Below, piece after piece: positions 45,060 to 55,302 of a DNA stretch of 64,000 nt. The DNA is taken from contig CAWIEV010000004.1 in assembly GCA_963835325.1 (NCBI GenBank), positions 79,576 through 143,575 on the forward strand, given 5' to 3'. Below the pieces are notes generated by a model, which did not search any database, had not been told where the DNA came from, and saw nothing but the letters and a program-made list of their open reading frames with translations. The first letter of the stretch is position 1. Each line of letters opens with the position of its first letter. This DNA comes from an uncultured Acidimicrobiaceae bacterium (lineage in GTDB: Bacteria; Actinomycetota; Acidimicrobiia; Acidimicrobiales; RAAP-2). Position numbers and translations under genes: made by a program.

Positions 45060-46209
45060 GTCCAGCCGGCCTTCGAAGTGGCCACGGTCGGTGGCACCTG
45101 GGCCCGGTGCCGCCGGGACAGGTGCGAGAGCATGTCGAGTTGCTCCACGGTCAGGGACCGGCCCACCGGGGAACCGCCCGCCGGGATCGGACGGCCGGTG
45201 AGGTCGAGGTGGGCGGCACGCACCACGTCGATCCCGGTGTCCGACACGAACAGGGAGAACTGGGACCCGATGCGGGGGTTGAAGTCGAGCAGCTTGTACT
45301 GCCCATCCCGCCGGTCGAACCGCCAGTCGAGATCGGCGACGCCCCGGTAGCCCAACGACTGGAAGAGGCGGGCCGAGAGCGCGGTCAGTTCCGGGTTGTC
45401 CACCGCCCGCGAGTACGAGCCGACTCCGGCCTCGGTGGGCCACATCCGGAGCTTGACTCCGGTGAACAGGACGGACGAGGCGCTGTCGTCACCGACCCAG
45501 GCATTGCAGAACCAGTCCTCGGCCGCCTCGGAGGGGATGTACTCCTCGAGGACGACACCGTAGGGGGGCGTCCACTGCGCCGACATCGCGCGCAGTGCCG
45601 CCGGGCTGCGCACGACGGTGTTGGCACGCACCGCCGGGTCCGAGAGCCTGGTCCAGGCGGCGTCGTTCTTGGCCACCACCGGATAGACCGACTCATCGAC
45701 GAGAGCCTCGAGGGCCTCGGAGGTGAGGGGCGCAGCCACGTGGGGCGAGGGGATCCCGATCTGCCGGCAGATGGCACCCAGCGCTCTCTTGGAGGTCAGT
45801 CGCCGTGGCAGGTCGGCCGGGACCGGCGGCAGGATGTACCACTCGGACAGCTCCTCGGCATGCTCGGCCACGAGCACGGCCGCCTCGTCGTCGGTGCACA
45901 GGAGCACGGCGCGCCCGTCCAGCTGGCCGCCGAGGCTGGACCAGTCCCTCGACGAGCCTGTCCTGGGGCTCGCGGCCCGATGTCGGCCACACGATCGTTC
46001 CCCCGGCGTAGCGCGACAGGGCGAGCGGGGGTGGCCGCGTCCTCGACGACGGCGTACACCGGCACGCCCACCCGCCCGAGGGACCGCACAGCACCGAGGC
46101 CGCCATGGTCGAGCGGGTACTGGCCGATCTTGAGGAGGACGGCGGGAACGGAGCGGTCGAAGTCGGCCTCGGGCGGACGCCGGTCCGGTCCCTGGCCGAC
46201 GGGGGTCAT
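45060..46209 (-). pseudogene. ATP-grasp family protein, at least two frame breaks; 3' end not resolved
   Basis: The N-terminus MTPVGQ...SVPAVLLKIGQYPLDHGGLGAVRSLGRVGVPVYAVVED is in ORF 45796..46233. SRYAGGTIVWPTSG is in ORF 45693..46106. The ATP-grasp body (LLCTDDEAAVLVAEHAEEL ... YRGVADLDWRFDRRDGQYKLLDFNPRIG) is in ORF 44507..45907. Confidence 0.55.
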
Positions 46210-46411
46210 GGTCCCGGCCTTGCTCCGCAGCACGCCGGAGGGGCGCCGACCGGTTCGGTGGCGCGCTGGAGATTCACCGGTAACAGCCTAGTGACCGTGC
46301 GGTGATTCCGACAGCACCGTCCGCCGGGACGGCGGTTGCCGGGCCGAGGTGTCCGGGCCGAGGTGGCACCGGTCGGACCGGTGCGGCCGGACCCGGCACG
46401 GGCAGCCGAGG

Positions 46412-48025
46412 TCAGAAGAGGGCCTTGGCCGCCTTGGTATCGGGTTTCCCGGCCGCGGTGAGGGGGATCTCGTCCACCACCACCATCTGGCGTGGGATCT
46501 TGTAGCCGGCGATGCGATCGCGGCAGTGGGACCGGATGTCCTCGAGGTCAGGAGCGTCGGCCGGGCTCCGCGGGCAGACCACGACAGCCACCCGCTCGCC
46601 GAAGCGGTCGTCGGGGAGCCCGACCACGATGGCGCCGAACACCTGCGGATGGGTCTTGACCGCGGCCTCGACCTCTTCCGGGAAGATCTTCTCGCCACCG
46701 GAGTTGATGGATGCCGAGCCCCGTCCGTGGACGGTGATGGTGCCGTCGGGCTCCACCGAGGCGAGGTCGCCGGGGATCGACCATCTCACGCCGTGGGCGT
46801 CCACCGGGAAGGTGGCGTCCGTCTTCTCCGGGTCCTTGTAGTACCCGATCGGGATCCTGCCCGTTCGGGCCAGCCGTCCGATCTTCCCGTCCCCCGGGGT
46901 GAGGGGGCGCAACTGCTCGTCGAGAACCGAGGTGTCGTCGCTCATCTGGAACCTCGGTCCGGAGGCGCCCTCCTCGACGGCGCCCTGGGCCCCGCTCTCG
47001 CTCGATCCGAACCTGTCCATGATGATCACGCCGGGTAACTGCTTTTTGAGCTCGTCCTTGACCGTCGACGACAGCATGGCCCCGCCGGACCCGATCACGG
47101 CCAGCGTGGAGGTGTCGTAGGTCCCGGGCCGGGCCGACGCCAGCGCTCTCGGCCAACGGACGGGCCATGGCGTCACCGACCAGTCCCAGCGACACCACCC
47201 GCTCGTCGCCGATCAGCCGCACAGGTGGTCCGGGTCGTATCGGTGATCGGTGTAGAGCACGGCGGTGCCGCCCATCATGAACGCGTTCCACATCACCCAC
47301 TGGGCGTTTCCGTGCATCAGCGGAGCCATCACCAGCATGGTCACCCTGTTGTCATCGACCGGGTCGATCCGCTCGGCCAGCTCGTCGGCGGTCCCGATCG
47401 GCGCCGCGCCCCAGCCGCCCCCACCCATGGCCGCGAAGAAGATGTCCTCCTGTCGCCAGATGACTCCCTTGGGCATCCCGGTGGTGCCGCCGGTGTAGAG
47501 CACGTAGACGTCATCGGGTGAACGGGGTCCGAATCCGCGATCGGGTCCTGCCGACGCCAGGGCGGCCTCGTAGTCGACGGCGGGACCCGATGGCGCCGGT
47601 CGGCGATGAGCCGTCCTCGATCACCACCAGGTGGGGCGGCCGCCCCAGTGCGCCGGTCGGCGATCGACTCGGCCACCAGGGCCGACAGCGCCCGCTCGAA
47701 CACCAGGCTCTCGAGGTCGGCGTTGTCGATGACATAGGCCAGCTCAGATGCCACGTAGCGGAAATTGAGGTTGACCGGTACGGCCCGTGCCTTGTAACAG
47801 CCGACCATCGCCTCGGCCCATTCGGCGCAGTTGTGGGCCAGTATCCCGACATGGGCGCCGGGCCCGATGCCCTGATCGTCGAGGGAGTGGGCGAACCGGT
47901 TGGCCCGTTCGTCGAGCTGGCGGTAGGTGAGCCGTCGCCCTCCGGCCACGAGAGCCGGGCGGTCGGGGACGGTGTCGACGACCACCTCGAACAGATCGGC
48001 CAGATTGAACTGCCTGCGAAGCCAT
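46412..48025 (-). pseudogene. Acyl-CoA synthetase / AMP-dependent ligase (FadD-like), at least three frame breaks
   Basis: GAGGAGAGG lies before ATG 48025. FNLADLFEVVVDTVPDRPALV and LTYRQLDERANRFAH are in ORF 47341..47985. The AMP motif MLYTGGTTGMPKGV is in ORF 47213..47503. GDLASVEPDGTITVHGRGSASINSGGEKIFPEEVE ... GKPDTKAAKALF is in ORF 46412..47176. Confidence 0.75.
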
Positions 48026-48163
48026 CGAACCTCTCCTCATCTCCTCGTTGCGAAACCGGCCCTAGCATGCTGCAGTCAGGCAGGACGGACGGTCACTCTG
48101 TAGCACGCCCCGCTCCGGGGACGTGCCGCCGGCGTGCCCTCAACCGAACAAGGAGGCGAACGA

Positions 48164-49039
48164 GTGGTGAGCGGCGAAACGGGTCACGCAGGCGGGAATC
48201 GTCGGGCTGTCCGCACTGGTCACGGGCGGAGGCAGCGGTATCGGGCTGGGTACCGCCACCCGGCTGGTGGGCGACGGGGCCCACGTCACCATCTGCGGCC
48301 GCACCGAGGAGCGCCTGCGCGTCGGCCGTGGCCGCTGCTCGAGGAGGCGGCCGACGCATCGGCGGCCTCGCGGTTCGGCGCGGGGAACGGCCGCCTACGT
48401 GGTGGCCGACGTGACGGTCGAGGAGCAGATCGCCGATGCGGTGATCGGCCGCCGCCGAACGGGGCCGGCTCGACATCCTGTTCGCCAACGCCGGCGGGGC
48501 CATGCACATGGGCCCGATCGGTCGACGCCGACCTGGCTCAGGTGAGGGCAACCGTCGACCTCAATCTCATCGGGACCTTCCTCTCCATCAAGCACGGCGC
48601 GCCGCTGATGGCGGCCGGAGTCGGCACCGGCGTCGACGGAGGTGAGGCCCCGGGTGGCTCCATCATCGGGATGTCCTCGGGAGCCGGGAGCTTCCCCCAC
48701 CGGTATCTCTGGGCCTACGGATCGGCCAAGGCCGGCATCGACATGCTGTGCCGGTATGCCGCCGAGGAGCTGGGCCGGACCGGCGTGCGGGTCAACACCG
48801 TGCAGCCGGGGATCGTCGACGACGAGCTGATGGCGCCCATCACCGCGGGCGGCCCGCTCCTCGACGACTATCTGGCCGAGATGCCCATCAGCCGCCTCGG
48901 GACCGTCGAGGACATCGCCGCCGCGGTCAGGTTCCTGGCCGGGCCGGAGTCCTCCTGGATCAGTGGGGAGAACCTGGCCGTGGACGGGGGTCATCATCTC
49001 CGCCGGGGGGCCAACTACGGGCTGTTGCTTGGCGGGTAG
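48164..49039 (+). pseudogene. Short-chain dehydrogenase/reductase (SDR), five or more frame breaks in the first 400 nt
   Basis: AAGGAGG lies before GTG 48164. The Rossmann motif GLSALVTGGGSGIGLGTATRLVGDGAHVTICGRTEERL, AAYVVADVTVEEQIADAV, RLDILFANAG and ATVDLNLIGTF are found in alternating frames. The last 170 aa (SSGAGSFPHRYLWAYGSAKAGIDML ... VNTVQPG ... ISGENLAVDGG) are in one frame. Confidence 0.7.
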
Positions 49040-49222
49040 GCGACTCCGGCCGCCACCGCCACTCCCACGGTCGGGCCGTGTCGAGGGACCGGGTCCGAGG
49101 TGGGCGCCGAAAGAGCTGTCGGGGCGGCACGTACAATCGGCCACCGTGAGCCCCAGGGTACGAGTGGTCCGAACATCGCGGTGCCCCCGCGGTCGCCGGC
49201 CCGAAAGTCGGCCGGTAGCGGC

Positions 49223-51120
49223 ATGTTGGGCATCGACATGCCGGGGATGGGATCGGGACTGCAGGACGGCAATTCGACGATCGTCGGCGCCTTCCGGACC
49301 ACGCTCGACCACCAGTTCCTGCTCGTCCTGGCCCTGGCCGTCGTCCTGGTCCTGGCCTGGAACGTCATCCGCACGCTCAACTACCGCCGGGCGGTCGCCG
49401 CCGGGGCGGTCGGAGTCCAAGGTGGTCGATCCGTGGCCCTACCCGGAACCGGCGGCCCGGCGCCTGCTCCGGATCGCCTTCGGGGGATTGTGGCTGTTCG
49501 ACGGCCTGTTGCAGCTACAGACCTCCATGCCGGTGGGGATGCCCGGCGGCGTCCTCACCCCGGCGGCGGATGGATCGCCCGGTGTGGGTACAGCACCTGG
49601 TCAATACGGGCGCCACCATCTGGTCCGACCACCCGGTCACCGCCGCCGCCGCCACCGTGTGGATCCAGGTCGGCATCGGGGTGTTCCTCCTGGTCGCCCC
49701 CCGCGGCTACTGGTCACGGAGTGCCGGGGCGCTGAGCGCCGGGTGGGGCCTCGTCGTCTGGGTGTTCGGTGAGGCCTTCGGCGGCATCTTCGGCCCCGGC
49801 GCGAGCTGGCTGTTCGGTGCCCCCGGGGCCGTCTTCTTCTACGTCGTGGCCGGGGTGCTGCTGGCCCTCCGCGACTCCAGCTGGGAGACGCCCGAGCTCG
49901 GTCGGTGGATGCTGCGGGGGACGGGCGCCTTCTTCATCGGGATGGGCGTCCTCCAGGCCTGGCCCGGCCGGGGGTCCTGGTCGGGCCAGGCCCACGCGGG
50001 GGCGGCGTCGGGGACGCTGACGGCCATGGTCACCCAGATGAGCCAGGTGTCCCAGCCCTCGGTGTTCTCGTGGTGGTTGCGCTCGTTCGGGTCCTTCGAC
50101 GCCGCCCATGGCTGGGCGGTCAACCTGGTGGTGGTGGTGGCACTGATCGGCATCGGCAGCCTGTCTGGTGAGCGGCCGGGCCAGGCTCCTGCGCATCGGC
50201 GTCGTCGCCGGCGCCGTCCTGTGCCTGGCCGACTGGGTCCTCGTCCAGGACCTGGGCTTCCTCGGCGGTGTGGGCACCGACCCGAACTCGATGATTCCCA
50301 TGGCCCTGGTGTTCGGCGCCGGCTACCTGGCCGTGGTCAGGTCCCGGCCCGGGCGGACGCCCCGGCACTGGCGTTGCCGCTCGCCACCGCGACCACCTCG
50401 CCCACCGCCGCCACCGCCCCCACCGGGCCCACCGCCCCCACCGGCTACCTCGGCCGGCTCAGCCCTTCCTACCTGCTCCGGGCGCTGGCCGGCATCGGGG
50501 CGGTCGGGATCGTGCTGCTGGGGACGGCCCCGATGGCCCTGGCCGCCACCAACCCCAACGCCGACCCCATCGTGATCGAGGCCACCGAGGGGACACCCAA
50601 CCTGGTCGACCTCCCCGGCGCCCCCGTTCACCCTCACCGACCAGGGGAACCGTCGCGTCTCCCTCGGATCCCTGGCCGGTCACACCGTGGTGCTCACCTT
50701 CCTCGATCCGGTGTGCACCACCGACTGCCCGGTCATCGCCCAGGAGCTCCGGTTGGCCGATCAGATGCTCGGCCCCCGGGCCTCCTCGGTCGACCTGGTC
50801 GCCGTCGTCGCCAACCCCGTCTACGACTCGCCGGCGTTCACCACCGCCTTCGACAACCAGGAAGGGCTCGATCATCTGCCCAATTGGACCTTCCTGTCCG
50901 GGCCGCTGGCCCAGCTGCACAAGGTGTGGGACGACTACGGCGTGCAGACCGCGGTGGTCCCCGCCGGAGCCATGATCGCCCACTCCGACATCGTCTATGT
51001 CATCGACGGACGGGCCACACCAGGGTGATCTTCAATGCCGATCCCGGCCCGGCCGACTCCGCCAGCGAGTCCTCGTTCTCGGCGCTGCTGGCCGGCCAAG
51101 TGCGCACCCTCCAGTCGTGA
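49223..51120 (+). pseudogene. Polytopic membrane protein (paralog of 8431..9447) fused to a C-terminal SCO1/SenC thioredoxin-fold copper-chaperone domain; at least six frame breaks
   Basis: Colinear pieces lie in ORFs 49100..49735, 48963..49772, 49570..51120, 50168..50575 and 50687..51028. The SCO domain reads FTLTDQGNRRVSLGSLAGHTVVLTFLDPVCTTDCPVIAQEL (CxxxC) ... HSDIVYVIDGR. The first ~65 aa (one TM helix) could be a separate small gene. Confidence 0.6.
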
Positions 51121-52340
51121 GGGGCGCCGCCGGCCGGCGGCCGCACCGACGCCGGCTCGGGCGCCGGAGCCGGCTGGCCGGTGCACTGGCCCTCACCTTC
51201 TGCATGTCGGCCCTCTCGGCGTGCTCGTCACCGTCGGTCATGCCGCCCGCGTCCACTGCCACCCCGGTCGGTGTCCCCCTGTCCACCTCGACGGCTATGG
51301 AGGGGAGCTCGTGGGCCGTCGTGGCCATGGGCCATCTCGACGATCCCGACAACACGTTCTGGCAGCTGCTGACCCGTCCGGTCGGGTCCACCCAATGGCA
51401 GCTGTTCACGCCGCCCGGCGTGGCCAGCAACGGCGGCCTGGTGGCGTCGTTCACGCCCCCGGAGACCGTCACCGCCGGGTTCGAGCCCACCCAGGACCTC
51501 GAGTTCTCCCCGCTGGCCCAGACCACCGCGTCCCCGGCGGCCCGCCCCGGCGGTCAAGCAGCCACCTGGGCCACCGGGGTCCTTCCCGCCGGGATGGCGG
51601 CCGCGCCGGACGCCCTGGCCGCATCGGGCGACCACCGGTACCTGGCCCTGTTGCGCAGCGGCGGTGGCACGGTGGTGGCCAGCAGCGGCGACCTCTCGAC
51701 CTGGTCGACCGTCACCTCGATCCGAAGCCTGGCCCACGACCCGGCCACGTCGGCGTGCGGCATCACCGCGCTGACCGCCGTCGCCCTCAGCGGCGACGGA
51801 GCCGCGGTCGGCACCCGCTGCGCCCACGGGACAAGGCCCGGCATCTTCGAATCGGTGCACGGATCGTGGCGGGCGGTGGGTCCGGAGCTGCCCGACGGGT
51901 CGGGACCGGTTCAGGTACTGCGCCTGGTGGCCACACCGGCCGGTGTCTCGGCGCTGGTGGCTTCGGGGCCCGCCGGGTCCGACACGCTGTACGCGCTGTT
52001 CGGTGCCGACGGGTTGCGGACGTGGGCCGTTTCCACCCCCCTCCACCCGGGCCGGGCGCCGCTGGCCTCGACCGGGGTCACGGCGGCCGGCGGGCTGGTG
52101 GTCACGACCGCCGGCGCCGGCAACCGACGCTCGGCCTGGGTGGTGGGCCCGTCGGGGGGCCGGTGGCTACCGCTGGCCGCCCCGCCGCCGGGCACGTCGA
52201 CCGTTGTCGCCGGCCCCGGCACCACCTTCGAGGCGCTGATCGCCGACCAGTCGACACTCCACGTGGATGTGCTGGGCACCGGCGGGTGGCGCCGGGTGCA
52301 GTCCCTGGCTGTGGCCATCCAGTACGGATCCTCGAGCTGA
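51117..52340 (+). CDS. Putative lipoprotein, repeat-rich / beta-propeller-like, unknown function
   Basis: GTG 51117 overlaps the upstream stop (GTGA). The signal has the lipobox LTFCMSALSAC. 407 aa, intact, Gly/Ala/Thr-rich with recurring ...GG.VV...G...W... strands. Confidence 0.55.
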   Translation: MRGAAGRRPHRRRLGRRSRLAGALALTFCMSALSACSSPSVMPPASTATPVGVPLSTSTAMEGSSWAVVAMGHLDDPDNTFWQLLTRPVGSTQWQLFTPPGVASNGGLVASFTPPETVTAGFEPTQDLEFSPLAQTTASPAARPGGQAATWATGVLPAGMAAAPDALAASGDHRYLALLRSGGGTVVASSGDLSTWSTVTSIRSLAHDPATSACGITALTAVALSGDGAAVGTRCAHGTRPGIFESVHGSWRAVGPELPDGSGPVQVLRLVATPAGVSALVASGPAGSDTLYALFGADGLRTWAVSTPLHPGRAPLASTGVTAAGGLVVTTAGAGNRRSAWVVGPSGGRWLPLAAPPPGTSTVVAGPGTTFEALIADQSTLHVDVLGTGGWRRVQSLAVAIQYGSSS

Positions 52341-52385
52341 GCTGCGGCGGGCCCTGGGACCGGGCCCGGGCGTCGGCGATCCGGG

Positions 52386-53405
52386 CTACGGCCGAGGGCC
52401 GCCGCCATCCGTCGGGTCCCACGGGCGCGGTGAGCTCTCGGGGGAGTCGACCGGCGGGCGGGGCGTCGGGGCACGATGGACGTTCGTCCCGGTGTTCGTC
52501 CCGGATGGCGGGGGGCCGGCCCGCTCCCGGCCCGACCGCCCAGCCCTCCGCTTGATGGACCGGTCCGCCCGTTCGAACTGTCGCTCGACATCGGCCCACA
52601 ACAGCGGGTCGTCGTCGACGATGTCGTCGTCTGACATCGGGGCACGTGTGAGCACCACCGCAGCCACGCTGAGGAGGACGAACAGCATGCTCAGCTTGGA
52701 AACGAAGCCGGCGATCTGCTGATCGGTGAGGGGACCGAGGCCGATGGCCGATCGTGAATGGGCGAACGTCCGGTACAAGGGGTGGATGGAGAAGATGAGG
52801 ACGAACGACAGGAAGGCCGGGATGATGGCCTGGGCCACCAGGTAGCCGAACCTCACCACGGGCTTGAGTCGCAGGATTCCGGGCACCCGGCCGAGCACGG
52901 GGATCCACAGCACGAAACCGGCCAGGACGATGACCGTGTCGAGCAGGGCCCGGACCAGGGGGGACGACGCCTGGGCCCGCACCAGGACCGGGGTCATCGA
53001 GCACACCAGCACCGACGTGACCGTGATGATGGCCACCTGGGGCCTCTTCAGGAAGACGATGGTCGAATCGACCGCGGGCGATCGGGTCAGCCAGCGGAGG
53101 ACGTCGTAGGGCAGGCCCAGGAGCAGCAGCGGGGCCACGGCCAGGATGAGGATCATCCGCTGGGTCACCAGCGCGGTGAGGGTCCAGTGAGCGGCCAGGT
53201 CGGCCACGGGCCAGGTCAGAGCCACCACCAGGGCTACGCAGGCGCCGGCGAAGGCACCGATCTGGCGGCGGGTCCAGGCGATGGGACGATTGCTACTCCG
53301 TAGCAGGTGACGGTGGCCCATGACCACGAGGCCCACGGCCACCGTCAGCACCGCCCAGGCGACGGGGTGGGGGTCCCATGCGTAGGGGGCGGCCACACCC
53401 GTCAC
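52386..53405 (-). CDS. ctaG: Cytochrome c oxidase assembly factor, Caa3_CtaG family membrane protein
   Basis: 339 aa, intact, about 7 helices, with LTDQQIAGFVSKL (the family's DQQxAG motif). Confidence 0.75.
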   Translation of the reverse strand: MTGVAAPYAWDPHPVAWAVLTVAVGLVVMGHRHLLRSSNRPIAWTRRQIGAFAGACVALVVALTWPVADLAAHWTLTALVTQRMILILAVAPLLLLGLPYDVLRWLTRSPAVDSTIVFLKRPQVAIITVTSVLVCSMTPVLVRAQASSPLVRALLDTVIVLAGFVLWIPVLGRVPGILRLKPVVRFGYLVAQAIIPAFLSFVLIFSIHPLYRTFAHSRSAIGLGPLTDQQIAGFVSKLSMLFVLLSVAAVVLTRAPMSDDDIVDDDPLLWADVERQFERADRSIKRRAGRSGRERAGPPPSGTNTGTNVHRAPTPRPPVDSPESSPRPWDPTDGGGPRP

Positions 53406-53649
53406 GATCCCGGCCCGGCCGCGGTCGCCTCCGGGCTTCCGTCCCGGCCCGGGCGTGGCCCCCCGGCCACGGGGGCGGAGGTGGGAACCTCGCCCCGCCC
53501 GACCGGGCTGCCGCCGGCGCTCACCCGGGTCAGCCTACCGGTGATGGTGGCGTCCGTCGCCGGGTCGCATGCCCCATCCTGGAGGGTCCCCACGGCCCGT
53601 CCTTCGGAAGCATCGGATGGGGACCGAGCCGGCGTGGGAGGATGAGCCC

Positions 53650-54513
53650 ATGCCGCTTCCGCCGTTCTGGCAGGTCAGCCCTCTCGGTGTGCTCGCCCTG
53701 GTCGTCGGCGTGGCCCACGAGGTCGGGCGCCGGCGGCTGGCGGCGCGGCAGACCCCGGCCCACCGGCGGGCACGCTGGCGGCGGTCGCTCGCCTTCTACG
53801 CCGGCCTGGCCTGCTGGTCGCTCGTGGCGTCGGGTCCGCTGGAGCGGTGGGCCATGCCGTGGCTCAGCGTCCACATGGTCATCCACGTCCTCGAGATGTT
53901 CTACCTCCCGCCCCTGCTGATCCTCGGGGCGCCGTGGGTGCCCCTGCTGTTCGCCCTTCCCGTCGGGCCGCGACGCCGGTGGCTGCGCTGCGTACAACCT
54001 GTCCCCGTCGGGCGGCCGTGGCTGCGGTGGCCCGGTGGCCGCGCTGACCAATCCCGTCGTGGCCATCGTGCTGTTCAACGGGACGATGGTGCTCTGGCAC
54101 GTCCCGGCCGTCTACGACTGGGCCTCGTGGCACCAGTGGGTCATGGACTGGCTGATGGCACCCATGTTCGTGGTGACCGGCTACCTGTTCTGGCGGATCA
54201 TCCTGCCGTCCCACCCGGCGCCGGCCGCGGGGCTCGACCCGGGTCCAGGTGGCCGCCGTGGTGATCACCGCCTTCGAGATGCTGGTGCTGGCCATGTCCA
54301 TGGCCATCTTCACGAAGACCCCGTGGTACTCGATGAACATCCTGATGGACGGACCGGCGGCCGCCCTGCGGGACCAGCGGTTGGGCGGCCGGGATCCTGT
54401 GGGTGTGCGGCGACTTCTGGGCCGTCCCGGCCCTGGTGCTGATGGCCTACCGCCTCTACGGCGTCGAGGGCGGCGTGTCGGCCTCGTTCGAGCGGGCCCT
54501 CGGCCGGGTCTGA
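53650..54513 (+). pseudogene. Second Caa3_CtaG-like assembly protein, three or four frame breaks
   Basis: ATG 53650 MPLPPFWQVSPLGVLALVVG...HMVIHVLEMFYLPPLLILGAPWVPLL is in ORF 53569... NPVVAIVLFNGTMVLWHVPAVYDW is in ORF 54035... VVITAFEMLVLAMSMAIF...DQRLGG is in ORF 54249... The tail ILWVCGDFWAVPALVLMAYRLYG...RALGRV-stop (TGA 54511-54513) is in a further frame. Confidence 0.6.
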
Positions 54514-54630
54514 CTACCGGGTCCGACCATCGGCCCCGACTACCGGGTCCGACCATCGGCCCCGACTGCCGGGTCCGACCATCGGCCCCGCCTCCGGGTC
54601 CGCTCCATCGGCCTCCGACTCCGGGTCCGA
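54512..54630. repeat. 26-nt tandem repeat, about 4.5 copies
   Basis: gactaccgggtccgaccatcggcccc occurs at 54512, 54538 and 54564 (one mismatch), then two degenerating copies. The first unit starts inside the TGA of the upstream gene. Confidence 0.85.
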
Positions 54631-55050
54631 CTCTGCCACGGCCGCCAGGTCGGGGCCGTCGGAGCCGGCCGTCCTCGGCTCCGGCCGCTGTCCATGGCCA
54701 CGAGGTCGCCTCCAGGCGGCGAGGTCCTGCGTCCTCCGGCCCGGGACTGCTGTCCGCCGGCGGCCCGATCGCCCGGAGGGGCTGTCGCGGGCGCCCGGCG
54801 CCGGTCGTTGCCGTGGAGCAGGTTCCACCACATGTAGATGGCGAAGCCGGCGAAGATCGGCCACTCGAACACGTAGGCCCAGCTCAGCGTGTTGCCGCCC
54901 AGGGCCCGGATCACCTCGATGACGAAGGCGCCGACGCAGATCGCCAAGCCCGACGGCCAGGGTGAGGTGGAGCCGGAAGGCGTCGGCTCCCCGCAGCCGC
55001 TTCGGGTCCGGGTCGGCCGGGCCCGGCCCGGGGCCAGTCGGTGCGGGCAC
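54540..55050 (-). pseudogene. Small two-helix membrane protein, frame break near 54960 (weak call)
   Basis: FRLHLTLAVGL is in ORF 54514..55287. It continues as AICVGAFVIEVIRALGGNTLSWAYVFEWPIFAGFAIYMWWNLLHG in ORF 54540..55184. Start and stop are uncertain, and the 3' end runs into the 26-nt repeat. Confidence 0.3.
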
Positions 55051-55302
55051 GCCTGCCACCCTACCGACCGGCCGGCGCTCGACCGACGACCGACGAGCCT
55101 GTCGCTCCGGGCAGGCAGGGGAAGGTGCCGGCCCGTGCGCTCGATCCGGGACGCGGACCTGGTCAGCGAGAATGTCGCCGACAACGTGTTCCAACCTCGG
55201 CGTGACCGTTGCTACGAAGTGGCGAGCAGAAGCCGAGGGGATCGTTTCGGCTTCGATGGCCAATCGTCTCGGCGAACCGATCGACACGACGGTGCAGTCT
55301 CC

